Assembly: GCA_051531975.1 (NCBI GenBank)
Contig: JAOPTT010000001.1
Coordinates: forward strand, 160,001-224,000
Direction of reading: 5' to 3'
DNA length: 64,000 nt
Source of the DNA: Spirochaetaceae bacterium
Lineage (GTDB): Bacteria; Spirochaetota; Spirochaetia; DSM-2461
Position numbers and translations under genes: made by a program. Positions 8,878-19,097 of the stretch are shown piece by piece. A model generated the notes under the pieces. That model was not told the origin of the DNA. It saw nothing but the letters and a program-made list of their open reading frames with translations, and made no database searches. The stretch's first letter is position 1, and each line of letters starts with the position of its first letter.

Positions 8878-11021
8878 TATACCCCTTTTTTTGAATCAAG
8901 TAATAAACTTGGAATGTCAAGAATTAAAGCTACATCTCCATTCCCAAGAATTGTAGCACTTGATATATGGTCTACTTTTTTAAAATTTCTTTGCAGAGAC
9001 TTCAAAACTACTTGATATTGCTCAATTACATTATCAACAAGAATCGCAGTTCGTGATCCTCCACTATTAATTACAATTAACTCTGCTTCACTTGGGTCAG
9101 TTATTGAATTCTGAATATTTAAAACTTTATGTAGTCTGATAAGTGGAATATAATCTTTTCGAAAGAGAACAACTTCTCCTCCTCCAGATATGGTTTTTAG
9201 ATTTACTTTATCAGTTTTCATTATTTCTAGAATAGAAAGTGTAGGAACTATATATTTTTCGTTGGAAACACTAATTAACATTCCATCTAATATGGCTAAC
9301 GTTAATGGTAAATAAAGTTTAAATGTTGTTCCAGAACCTTCAACAGATTCTATTGATACATTACCATGTAGTTCATTTATACTACTTTTAACAACATCCA
9401 TTCCAACGCCACGTCCAGATAGATCAGTAACGGTTTCTGCAGTTGATAATCCTGGATGAAAAATAAGATTTAGTATTTCACTATCTGTTAGATTATGATT
9501 TTCATCAATTATTCCGTTCTCAATAGATTTCTTTAGTAGCTTTTCTCTATTTATTCCCCGGCCATCATCAGATATTTCAATGACAACTTTCCCGTCTTGT
9601 AAATAGGCGGACATTTTTAATAAACCTTCACTGCTTTTTCCAAGTGAAACCCTTTCATCTTGTGATTCGATACCATGATCAATGCAATTCCTAACTAAAT
9701 GTTTTATTGGATCATTTAATTTCTCAATCATATTTTTATCTAGTTCAGTGTCTTGACCATTTATTTCTAGTTTTATTTTTTTCCCTTTATCTGTAGCAAT
9801 ATCTCTAACAACTCTTTTAAAACGATCAAATGTACTACTTAAGCTCATCATTCTAAGTGATGTTACCTGCTCCTGTATTAGATGTGTTATGTTTTTTAAT
9901 GAGTCCTGAACTGTTAAAAATCCATCAGGAATTGATTCTCCATACTCTTCTGTTAACATATTTAATCTAGCCTGGGAGATTAATAATTCACTTACTGTAT
10001 TAAATATATTTTCCAGTTTAACAGTTGGTACTCTGATATAGGATTCGATAGTTCGCTCTTCACTTCTTCTATCACTTCTTCTATCAGTCTTCCTTCTATC
10101 TTTCTTTACTTCAGTTATAACTTCAACCTCAGGTTCACTCTCAACAATTGTTACCTCAGTTTCTGTAATTATATTATCAATTATTATTTCCTGAAGATTT
10201 TCTATGACCGGGTTATCAACATCTATAGTAATAAAATCTGTCAATATTTTACCATTAATCTTGAACTCTTCTAAAGATTCAGTATCATTTAAAGTCTCTG
10301 TTAATCCAACGATAGAGATATCACACTCATCTATTACAAAACAAAAAATATCATTAATATCTCTCTCTAATGATTCTGTTTCATAAAATATTTTCCACTT
10401 TAAATAGAAATTTTCTGGGTCAAAGGTAGAAACATCTGGAAAATCATCTATATTAGTTTCTATAAATAGTATTTTCCCCATTTTTTCCAGGTCTGATAAA
10501 AACATTGTGGGATCTATACCTGTAATAAAAATTGATTCGTAATATTCTAAGTTTATGTAATAGTAGTTTGTACATTTATCACTGTCTTCTACTGAGTTAT
10601 TAACTATATCATTCTCAGTTTGTTCTGAATCCAAATACGTTTTTATTTCTGAAATAACATCTTCTGTTGTTACATCCTTATTAGAATCAAGTCCATCTTT
10701 TATATTTGATATCATAAGTTTTAATATATCCAAAGACCGCAAGACTACTGATATTAAATCCTTTTCAATGGAAAGAACACCACTCCTTATATTTTCAAAC
10801 AGATCCTCAACTATATGGGTAAAGTCTTGGATTCCTTTAAACCCTGCTAAACCGGCTCCACCTTTAATGGAATGTATTGCTCTAAAAATCTCATTTATCA
10901 TAGCTATATCGTCAGGATGTTCTTCGATTCCTATGATTCGAGATTCAAGAATTTCAATATTTTCCTCCGCTTCTTGGATAAATATATCGTGGAGGATATT
11001 ATCCATTTCTGACTTACTCAC
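8877..11021 (-). CDS. cheA: Chemotaxis histidine kinase CheA
   Basis: Hpt FRAIHSIKGGAG, HLVRNCIDHGIE, DDGRGI, SGRGVGMDVV and a C-terminal CheW-like domain. Confidence 0.95.
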   Translation of the reverse strand: MSKSEMDNILHDIFIQEAEENIEILESRIIGIEEHPDDIAMINEIFRAIHSIKGGAGLAGFKGIQDFTHIVEDLFENIRSGVLSIEKDLISVVLRSLDILKLMISNIKDGLDSNKDVTTEDVISEIKTYLDSEQTENDIVNNSVEDSDKCTNYYYINLEYYESIFITGIDPTMFLSDLEKMGKILFIETNIDDFPDVSTFDPENFYLKWKIFYETESLERDINDIFCFVIDECDISIVGLTETLNDTESLEEFKINGKILTDFITIDVDNPVIENLQEIIIDNIITETEVTIVESEPEVEVITEVKKDRRKTDRRSDRRSEERTIESYIRVPTVKLENIFNTVSELLISQARLNMLTEEYGESIPDGFLTVQDSLKNITHLIQEQVTSLRMMSLSSTFDRFKRVVRDIATDKGKKIKLEINGQDTELDKNMIEKLNDPIKHLVRNCIDHGIESQDERVSLGKSSEGLLKMSAYLQDGKVVIEISDDGRGINREKLLKKSIENGIIDENHNLTDSEILNLIFHPGLSTAETVTDLSGRGVGMDVVKSSINELHGNVSIESVEGSGTTFKLYLPLTLAILDGMLISVSNEKYIVPTLSILEIMKTDKVNLKTISGGGEVVLFRKDYIPLIRLHKVLNIQNSITDPSEAELIVINSGGSRTAILVDNVIEQYQVVLKSLQRNFKKVDHISSATILGNGDVALILDIPSLLLDSKKGV

Positions 11022-11385
11022 CTGTGAATCTCTTCATTACTGAAATTAAAGCTTCAGGTTCAAAGGGTTTTACTATCCAACCACTGGCACCAGCTGCTTT
11101 ACCTTCCATTTTTTTTGATTCTTGAGATTCTGTTGTTAAAAAAAGTATTGGTGTAAATTTGAATTCAGGTATTTCCCGAACCTTTTTAATTAGTGTTATA
11201 CCATCCATATTTGGCATATTTACATCGAATAGAAAGACATCAATTGTTGTAGGACATTTTGGTATTTTATCTAATGCGATTACACCATCTTCAGCCAATT
11301 CCACATTATAACCCGCTTTTTTTAAAGTATATTGTATTGAAGCTCTGGCAGTAGGTGAATCGTCAACTGCAAATATTGTTTTCAT
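11014..11385 (-). CDS. cheY: CheY-like single-domain response regulator
   Basis: AVDDS, FDVNMPNMDG, LTTES and KPF motifs. AAGGAG RBS favours ATG 11385. Confidence 0.9.
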   Translation of the reverse strand: MKTIFAVDDSPTARASIQYTLKKAGYNVELAEDGVIALDKIPKCPTTIDVFLFDVNMPNMDGITLIKKVREIPEFKFTPILFLTTESQESKKMEGKAAGASGWIVKPFEPEALISVMKRFTGE

Positions 11386-11386
11386 A

Positions 11387-11650
11387 TTAAACATCTCCTT
11401 GTGTGTAATTTATTCTATGAAATTCTAACCTGTTTTTTATATATTCTGAAATATCATTTACTAAATATTCATTTGGGAAACTTTTTGATATAGATATTAT
11501 ATAGACCACAAGTTGAAACCCAGCACCATCAAGACTTTCAACATTATGGAAGTCTATATTAACAGGTTTATCCAATAACATAATGTTATCCCAAACACTC
11601 TTAACATTTCTAATTTTAATATCATTTTCTAAACAAAATACACTACCCAT
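11387..11650 (-). CDS. STAS-domain protein
   Basis: IDFHNVESLDGAGFQL STAS-like motif; sits directly before cheY-cheA. Confidence 0.75.
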   Translation of the reverse strand: MGSVFCLENDIKIRNVKSVWDNIMLLDKPVNIDFHNVESLDGAGFQLVVYIISISKSFPNEYLVNDISEYIKNRLEFHRINYTQGDV

Positions 11651-11661
11651 TTATTCCTCTT

Positions 11662-13503
11662 TTAAAAAAATGTTATATCAGAACCTGAAGATTTTTCTAT
11701 TTCAATTTCTGAGAATTCTGCTGCTATTGTTATTCTTTCTTCATCTACTGTTAATCTAGATAGGATTGATTGAAAAATTGTCTCTTTAAAATGACAATCA
11801 TTTAAATCAAGTGCTCCACCAATTTTATTGAGTTTTCTTTCTATATCGTTACGCATGTGACTTGAATTATTAATTTTTGTCTCCATATCTTCATGTAAAA
11901 GTCGTAACCCTTTAAACATTATGTTGTAATTACCAACTTGTTCAGTTAAACCATCAGTTATCAATAATACTGAGTTGTAGTTTTCTTGAAAAAGTTCTTC
12001 TGTTTTATCCAATATTTTAACCGACTCATTTAGATCAAGTTCAATTTTTGAAAAATTATTATCTTCAGAATCAAATTCAGATGATACTTTTTCTAGATTT
12101 AATTCTACCAAGTCAAAGGATTCTTGCATTCGAGATATGATATCAATTAATTCATCGAAAGAATCATGGGAAAATAAACTATCTTGATCAGGGATATCTA
12201 AATTATTTCTTGCTTGTTCCACACTAGCTAAAAACAGTAAGTTTTTTACTGATTCAAACATAGGTAAAAAGGATATAGTTTTATCTTTATTTGTTGATAA
12301 TAAATTTCTTATTCGAATAAATGCTTTAAGAATACTACTTTTATAACTCTGACTTTCGTTGATACTTATAATTATATTATCAATAGAAACCTTAGGGTCT
12401 AAAAAAATCTTATGGATAAAAGATGATATTTTTTCTCCACCAGACATAATTAGTTTATCAAATAGATGTTTATCAGAGTTAATTTCATTAATAGTGTCTG
12501 AGATTAAACTGAAATCTCGTTCCATACATTCTAACATTTCTAGAATTTCTGAATTTATTCTGTACATCTGTTTTTCAGTTGTTATTAACAGAAATTTTAA
12601 TAAAGTTAATATATTTCTTGATTCATTTATTTCAAAATCATTAGATTTTAATGTAACATCTTTATTTAAAATCTGTGAATTTTTTGATAAAACTACTAAA
12701 ATATCGTTTACAGCTTCAGTTAAATGAACCATCTGTTGATGTATTATATCCTGCTTCTGTAAATCTGACATTACAGATCCAATTGGGATTTTAACATTAT
12801 TAAATCTTTTTAACAGATCAGTAATAATAGTTTCAAAGTTATGCATACTATTTTCAGAAGATTTTAACAGTTCTTTTGACTCAATAGAAAGCTTTTTGAC
12901 TTGGTTATCGGAAAATTCTTCAAAGTTCTTTATCAATTCTAAAAAAACATCAACTTCAGAATCCATCTGATCTCTTATTATATTAATACTTCTAGTACCT
13001 TTAGCTATCTCTTCAGATAGTTTTATAAATTCTCCAGATATTATCTGATATCCCCGCCCATTAGTACCCTCTTTTTGTGAATAAACAATTGAGTTTATAG
13101 CAAAAACTTTTAAGTTTTCAGAAATATTAAAGATGTTTTTAATTTTTGAAATAGCTGCTTTTGATGTATCAATTGTTTGTCTAAGTTCTTCAAAGATAAT
13201 TTTATCTTCACTATCTGATGAATCAAAAAGGCTAAGTGCATTATTTATATATGTATGGAAGTTAGTTAATTCATGTTTAACACCAAATGCATTTTCTGAA
13301 GATTCACTAGAAAAAACAAATTTAAGTAGAAAATTAGCCTCTTTAATACTCTCATCAATTTGATCTTCCATTTTAGGTAGATTCTCTGAAATGTCCACAA
13401 TGGTATTTTCATATTCCGATGTATACTGATTCAGATCATTAACAAATCCATTTAATTGTTGTGAAATATGTTGTTTATTAACTGAATCAATTAAATTAGC
13501 CAT
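11662..13503 (-). CDS. Atypical cytoplasmic MCP-like protein with a CheZ-like QDxxxQ motif
   Basis: No TM segments; degenerate hairpin tip (FAINSIV...GRGYQIISGEFIKLS); LQKQDIIHQQMVH; coiled-coil composition. Confidence 0.65.
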   Translation of the reverse strand: MANLIDSVNKQHISQQLNGFVNDLNQYTSEYENTIVDISENLPKMEDQIDESIKEANFLLKFVFSSESSENAFGVKHELTNFHTYINNALSLFDSSDSEDKIIFEELRQTIDTSKAAISKIKNIFNISENLKVFAINSIVYSQKEGTNGRGYQIISGEFIKLSEEIAKGTRSINIIRDQMDSEVDVFLELIKNFEEFSDNQVKKLSIESKELLKSSENSMHNFETIITDLLKRFNNVKIPIGSVMSDLQKQDIIHQQMVHLTEAVNDILVVLSKNSQILNKDVTLKSNDFEINESRNILTLLKFLLITTEKQMYRINSEILEMLECMERDFSLISDTINEINSDKHLFDKLIMSGGEKISSFIHKIFLDPKVSIDNIIISINESQSYKSSILKAFIRIRNLLSTNKDKTISFLPMFESVKNLLFLASVEQARNNLDIPDQDSLFSHDSFDELIDIISRMQESFDLVELNLEKVSSEFDSEDNNFSKIELDLNESVKILDKTEELFQENYNSVLLITDGLTEQVGNYNIMFKGLRLLHEDMETKINNSSHMRNDIERKLNKIGGALDLNDCHFKETIFQSILSRLTVDEERITIAAEFSEIEIEKSSGSDITFF

Positions 13504-13530
13504 TTATCCCCTATTCATTTTTTAAATTTA

Positions 13531-14055
13531 TTATGCTTTTGCAACGACACTCTCTAAAACAGAAGTTTCATCTTCTGTTAAGAAATTTTTCATATTAATG
13601 ATAATAACCATACGGTTACCAACTTTACCAATTTTTTCAATAAAATTTACATCTATTGTACTACTAAACTCAGGTGTTTCACTTAAATTTTCCTTTGTAA
13701 TACTTAGTACATCTGAGACTGAATCTACTATAAAACCTATTGTTTTTAGATTATCATTCCCTGTCTGAGCAATAATGACAATTGAGTTATCATTTAGTTC
13801 CTTCTCTTCTAAATGAAAACGACTTCGTAATACATACAAAGGAATGATGTTGCCTCTTAAATTTATTAAACCAGATATATATTCAGGAACCCCGGGTACT
13901 CTAGTTAAATTAGGTAAAGATATTATTTCTTGTACAGATAAAATAGGAACACCATACTCCTCATCTGCAATAGAAAAAACTACATATTGATTTGATATAT
14001 CCATATTCAATTGTGAAACAAGCATATCTTCTTCTTCGTCTTCATAGTTTTCCAT
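13531..14055 (-). CDS. cheW: CheW coupling protein
   Basis: EYGVPILSVQEII, GLINLRGNIIP and GFIVDSVSDV motifs. Confidence 0.93.
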   Translation of the reverse strand: MENYEDEEEDMLVSQLNMDISNQYVVFSIADEEYGVPILSVQEIISLPNLTRVPGVPEYISGLINLRGNIIPLYVLRSRFHLEEKELNDNSIVIIAQTGNDNLKTIGFIVDSVSDVLSITKENLSETPEFSSTIDVNFIEKIGKVGNRMVIIINMKNFLTEDETSVLESVVAKA

Positions 14056-14071
14056 GAATTATATCTCCTTC

Positions 14072-16084
14072 TTAAAATTCTGAAAAATCTGATTCATCTA
14101 GAACATTTGAAAATTGCTCATAGGTTTCAGAGTTTTTCTTTACTGGTTTATTTTTAGGACTCTCTTTTTTCTTTTTATGTATTAGCTTTACTTCAGTGTT
14201 ATTTTTACTGGTTTCTCTATCAATTTTAAAGAAGTTAATACTTGAATTAAGTTCCTGAACTTGTGAAGATAACTCTTCTGTTGAAGCTGCAGCCTCTTCA
14301 ACTAATGCAGCATTTTTTTGCGTATTATCATCTAAAGAAGTGAGTGTTTTATCTATTTGATCAACACTTGATAATTGTTCTTGGGAAGCTGCGGAGATTT
14401 CACCAACTAAAGCTGTTACTTTTTTAACAGAACCATTTATCTCTATTAACATCTCTCCAGCTTTATTTGCAATTTCTACACCTTCATTTACTTTAACTTT
14501 ACTAGTTTTAATAATCTCTGCAATCTCACTTGCTGCTTTATCTGATCTTTTTGCTAATTTTCGTACTTCTACTGCAACAACAGCAAATCCTTTACCCTGT
14601 TCTCCAGCTCGAGCAGCTTCAATTGAAGCATTCAGTGCTAATAAGTTTGTTTGAAAAGCTATATTATTTATTACTTCAATAATATCTGCAATTCTATTAC
14701 TAGAAACACTTATATCGTTCATTGACTCAATCATTGTATCTACTGCTTTTGAACCTTCTCCGGTTTTATCTAAAGCTTCATTTGATAAACTATTAGCAGT
14801 ACCAGTATTATCTGCATTTGATCTAATAGATGAGTTCATCTCTTCGATTGCTGCCGAAGTTTCTTCTAGAGCTGTAGCTTGTTGCTCAGTTCTATCAGAT
14901 AAATCCTGATTTCCAGTAGCTAATTGCTGACTAGCACCTACAATCTGATCTGCACCAGATAAAACGTTACTAACAATCTCTGTTAACTGTGTAACCATAC
15001 CATTCATTGATTTATATATACCTTGTGGATTTGCTTTATCAAACAGAATATTCAGATTCCCATTGGAAACTTCCTTAACTATTTTAGCTATTTCATCAGG
15101 TTCTCCACCAATTTGTACCGTTATAGTTTTTGTTACAAACATAGATAAAAGAATAGCTACCAAAGAAGCAATAATTGAACCTAATATTATTACAATATTA
15201 GCTGAAGTTCTCTGGGTTTCAGCAGATTTGTTTCTTACAACTAACAGATCTGACTCCATTCCTACAAATCCAGCGATATCGGCTCTAATACCATCCATAT
15301 AAATTTTACCAATATTTTGTGCTAATATATTATTTAAATATTCACGATCTTTTAATAAAATAGTATTTTTAGTATCTTGAATCTGTATTTCAGCATAATT
15401 ATCTATCCAGTCAGTTATCATTGATGTAATTTTAGGTTCCCCTAATTCTGATAAATTAGCATAAACATCTTGTTTCCCTTGCTTATATGGATCAAGAAAT
15501 TCTTCTGCTTCTGCTGATAAAAATCCTCTTAAACCTGTTTCCATATTGATCATATTTAAAATTATATCTTCTGTTATATCTGAATCAATATCACTAATTT
15601 CAGATCTAAACTTATCCATTTTATCTTTACCAACACCTGTCACCATTCTTTGAACAACTCGATCTAATAATATATCATGATCTATTATTTCTCTTCTAAT
15701 TTCTATAAACAAAGAAGCTGCTTTTTTATCCCAGTCACTACTAGCTTGCTCTATTTTATTTAGTCTATCAACTTGTACCTTATTATCACTTACTTCTTCT
15801 TTTAAAAGTTCCATTAACTTTTGAAACCCTATTTTTCCATTTGTATATGGCTCTAGATAATCCTCGTTTCCAGTTGCAAGAAATCCTCTCATACCAGTCT
15901 CTTGATCAACCATGAAGCTTAATAACTCCTCACCTTGGCCAATAACTTCATAGGTATGACTAACCCAACCTTGATTTTCTTCTAACTTACCCATAGTAAT
16001 AAAAATGACAACACATACTGTTAGAAATATGACAATTGTTGCAATATTTGTTAAGATAATTTTACTTCCAATTTTTAACTTCAT
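14072..16084 (-). CDS. Methyl-accepting chemotaxis protein with CHASE3 sensor region
   Basis: Two TM helices, two ETGxRGFL CHASE3 motifs, [30 protein letters not shown] tip and a C-terminal DFSEF pentapeptide. Confidence 0.93.
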   Translation of the reverse strand: MKLKIGSKIILTNIATIVIFLTVCVVIFITMGKLEENQGWVSHTYEVIGQGEELLSFMVDQETGMRGFLATGNEDYLEPYTNGKIGFQKLMELLKEEVSDNKVQVDRLNKIEQASSDWDKKAASLFIEIRREIIDHDILLDRVVQRMVTGVGKDKMDKFRSEISDIDSDITEDIILNMINMETGLRGFLSAEAEEFLDPYKQGKQDVYANLSELGEPKITSMITDWIDNYAEIQIQDTKNTILLKDREYLNNILAQNIGKIYMDGIRADIAGFVGMESDLLVVRNKSAETQRTSANIVIILGSIIASLVAILLSMFVTKTITVQIGGEPDEIAKIVKEVSNGNLNILFDKANPQGIYKSMNGMVTQLTEIVSNVLSGADQIVGASQQLATGNQDLSDRTEQQATALEETSAAIEEMNSSIRSNADNTGTANSLSNEALDKTGEGSKAVDTMIESMNDISVSSNRIADIIEVINNIAFQTNLLALNASIEAARAGEQGKGFAVVAVEVRKLAKRSDKAASEIAEIIKTSKVKVNEGVEIANKAGEMLIEINGSVKKVTALVGEISAASQEQLSSVDQIDKTLTSLDDNTQKNAALVEEAAASTEELSSQVQELNSSINFFKIDRETSKNNTEVKLIHKKKKESPKNKPVKKNSETYEQFSNVLDESDFSEF

Positions 16085-16278
16085 AACTAATCCTTTACTT
16101 TAGAGTTATAAATAATTGTTATACATAAGGATTCAGAATTCAATGAAATATTTTTTATAACTTCTTTTACTTCAAATTAAACAATAATTGTTCTAAAGCT
16201 TTAATATCATATATTTTAATAAGTATTGAGAAAAATATTCCGATATTAAGTATATATATTTTTTTTTAAGAGGTCATA

Positions 16279-16614
16279 GTGGTTAAAGAGTTTGAAGTAC
16301 ACCAAAAATTACAAAAAATTGAGAAGTTATACTACGGTGCAAAAACTACAGGAGAAAGGGTATCTGCTAAAAAAGCAAAGGTTCGAATATTAAATAAAAT
16401 AAAATCCGAAGATAAAGCTACAATTTATAAATTTAAGTTAGATAATGAATTAAATGTTGATCTGCTTTTAAATGTTATGTATAAATACGAGATAGATGAG
16501 TTTAAAAAGTCTAAAAAACAACCAACAACAGTAATAGCAAAAGTATCAGCAAAATTTGTTGACCGCGTATTATGGCCTGAATATCTTTCAACACCTAAAA
16601 AAATGATTATATAA
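16279..16614 (+). CDS. Small basic hypothetical protein
   Basis: AGAGG RBS and GTG start. KLQKIEKLYYGAKTTGER...FVDRVLWPEY resembles a conserved hypothetical family as recalled (not searched). Confidence 0.6.
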   Translation: MVKEFEVHQKLQKIEKLYYGAKTTGERVSAKKAKVRILNKIKSEDKATIYKFKLDNELNVDLLLNVMYKYEIDEFKKSKKQPTTVIAKVSAKFVDRVLWPEYLSTPKKMII

Positions 16615-16640
16615 TAAGGATGAAGACTCAAGCTACTAAA

Positions 16641-17696
16641 TTAGCCTCCGTTATTTATATAATTACAAATTTCTTGTGCAATATTATTTAATGGAACTAC
16701 TATATGATGTGCATTAAACTCAAAAGCTTTACCAGGCATACCCCAAACAACACTTGATTTTTCGTCTTGTATAATATTATAACTACCTGCCTCTTTCATC
16801 TTTAACATAGCTTTTGAACCATCATCACCCATGCCTGTTAGTAATACACCAATAACATTCCGGCCACAATAATTGGCTGCTGAGTTAAACAGTACAGCAA
16901 CTGAAGGACGGTGGTAGTGTACTTTTGGACCTTCTTTTATCTGAATAAGGTATTTTGCACCACTTGATATTACCGAACAATGCTGATCCCCAGGAGCAAT
17001 ATATACGTGACCATTTTTAATTTGTTCACCACTTTTTGCAAGTTTAACTGACAAACCTAAATTTTTGTCTAATCTATCTGCAAATGCTTGTGAAAATTTT
17101 AATGGCATATGTTGAACAATCACAATTCCTGGAATATCAACTGGTAATTCAGATAATATATCCATAATTGCTGTTGTTCCACCTGTAGATGATCCAAGTA
17201 CAATTATTTTATCGGTTGTGCTTCTTGTTGCTGTAAAATGTCTTTGAACTGGCTTCAATGAGCTGCTACTTTTATTAAATCGTTGTATAAGTTTATCCCT
17301 AACTGAAGGATGCCCTGCACTACGTATAGCATCAATTACAGATTGCTTCATTTCAGGTAATTCTAAAATATCCATGGGTTTTGTTAATACTGCAAAGGCA
17401 CCTAATTCTAATGCCTGTAAACTTATATTAGCATTTTTAGTAGTTAAAGATGATAGTATAATAACAGGTGTTGGTTTAGCTTTCATTAACTTCTCTAGAA
17501 AAGTTAATCCATCCATTCTAGGCATTTCGATATCTAATATAACTACGTCTATGTTATCTTTTTTTAACTTTGGAATTGCAAAAATAGGATCAAATGCTGT
17601 ATCGACTAATACAATATCATTAACTGATGATATTATATCCGCTATAACCTTTCGAACTAGTGCTGAATCATCTATTGCTAATACATTTATGCTCAT
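16641..17696 (-). CDS. cheB: Chemotaxis methylesterase CheB
   Basis: Receiver domain followed by GSSTGG, VQHMP and LTGMGDDG catalytic motifs. Confidence 0.95.
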   Translation of the reverse strand: MSINVLAIDDSALVRKVIADIISSVNDIVLVDTAFDPIFAIPKLKKDNIDVVILDIEMPRMDGLTFLEKLMKAKPTPVIILSSLTTKNANISLQALELGAFAVLTKPMDILELPEMKQSVIDAIRSAGHPSVRDKLIQRFNKSSSSLKPVQRHFTATRSTTDKIIVLGSSTGGTTAIMDILSELPVDIPGIVIVQHMPLKFSQAFADRLDKNLGLSVKLAKSGEQIKNGHVYIAPGDQHCSVISSGAKYLIQIKEGPKVHYHRPSVAVLFNSAANYCGRNVIGVLLTGMGDDGSKAMLKMKEAGSYNIIQDEKSSVVWGMPGKAFEFNAHHIVVPLNNIAQEICNYINNGG

Positions 17697-18511
17697 TATT
17701 CTATCCTTTTATATATAGATCTACCTACAATCTCAAATTTAGTAGAGATTCCGCTTAATGACTCACTATGACCTAAAAATAGTAGTCCCCCAGGTTTAAG
17801 ACTATGATAAAGTCGTTCAATAAGGTCAATTTTAGTCTGTTTATCAAAATATATTATAACATTCCTTAAAAAAATTATGTCCATTAAAGGTAGATTATAT
17901 TTAGAGTCATCTAAGTTAATTCGAAGGAACTTTATTTTTTTTATATAGTTATTTTTAACTTTTACTTGCTCTTTACTCTCTCCAGAGCCTCTTAAAAAGT
18001 ACTCTTTTTTTAAATCATCACCTATATTCTCTATTTCCTTAGAATTAAAGGTTCCATTAGAGGCTGAAGTTAAAACCTTTCTACTTATATCTGATGCAAA
18101 TAATTTATATATAATATTACAATTGTTCTTCTTTTCAAATTCTAAGAGTGTTATTAGTATTGAATAGATCTCTTGACCTGTCGATGACGCAGCTGACCAA
18201 ATTTTTAACTCTTTATTTTTATAGTCAGATAAAACATGAGTTGTCATAAACTCAAAATGATGAACTTCTCTAAAAAAGTTAGAGAAATTAGTTGTAAGTG
18301 AGTCTATCATTGTCAAAAATTCTTCACCTATTATATCTTTATTTTCTAAATAGTCTATATATTCAGAAAAACTACCTAGGTTTAAGAAACGTATTCTTTT
18401 AGAGAGTCTAGCAATTATTAATGAACGCTTTTGATCTGTGAACTTTATCTTTGCATATTCATATGCTCGATCGGTAATATATTTAAAATTTTTATCAGTT
18501 AGATTATACAA
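17696..18511 (-). CDS. cheR: Chemotaxis methyltransferase CheR
   Basis: TTNFSNFFRE, WSAASSTGQE, RNVIIYF and GHSES motifs. Confidence 0.93.
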   Translation of the reverse strand: MYNLTDKNFKYITDRAYEYAKIKFTDQKRSLIIARLSKRIRFLNLGSFSEYIDYLENKDIIGEEFLTMIDSLTTNFSNFFREVHHFEFMTTHVLSDYKNKELKIWSAASSTGQEIYSILITLLEFEKKNNCNIIYKLFASDISRKVLTSASNGTFNSKEIENIGDDLKKEYFLRGSGESKEQVKVKNNYIKKIKFLRINLDDSKYNLPLMDIIFLRNVIIYFDKQTKIDLIERLYHSLKPGGLLFLGHSESLSGISTKFEIVGRSIYKRIE

Positions 18512-18559
18512 AGAACCTCCGTTCAGAATACTGTAATACCAAAGATTTAGTCTTCATAT

Positions 18560-19039
18560 TCAGGGATTATCCTCAAAATTAACTTTATTAGTTTCTTCCT
18601 CAAAAATAGATAGCCATTCATTTACATCGATATCAATAAAAGTATGTATTCCACTACTAAATACCATCTCAAAATTTGTAATTTTATAATTACTCATGTT
18701 ATCTTCAAAAATATTAAAAGTAGCTCTACCATCAGACAATGTAGCAATTCCAAAATCGATACCCTTTGCATAATCATCTATTATAGCAACAGCCTTAATA
18801 CGGATTTCAGCCATATCTCCAGTAGGGTTAAACATATCAAAATTTATATGTCCATCTTTAAAATCTGAATCAAAACTAAGCAACATCACCTCTTCAAAAT
18901 ATATAGCATCATCGGTTACAACAAAATCGCTCTGAGTTGCTGTTTGATAAGATGCAGATGAAGAACTGTTCTGGCCTGTAGTTTTACATCCTGTCAGGAA
19001 TAAAAATAGTATCATTATTAATGTTATATTTTTTATCAT
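18560..19039 (-). CDS. Hypothetical lipoprotein
   Basis: MIKNITLIMILFLFLTGC lipobox; GGAGG RBS. Confidence 0.65.
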   Translation of the reverse strand: MIKNITLIMILFLFLTGCKTTGQNSSSSASYQTATQSDFVVTDDAIYFEEVMLLSFDSDFKDGHINFDMFNPTGDMAEIRIKAVAIIDDYAKGIDFGIATLSDGRATFNIFEDNMSNYKITNFEMVFSSGIHTFIDIDVNEWLSIFEEETNKVNFEDNP

Positions 19040-19097
19040 GTTGTCCTCCATATATTAATTTTAAGTGATTGGTTTGTGTATTACAATATATAAAAAA

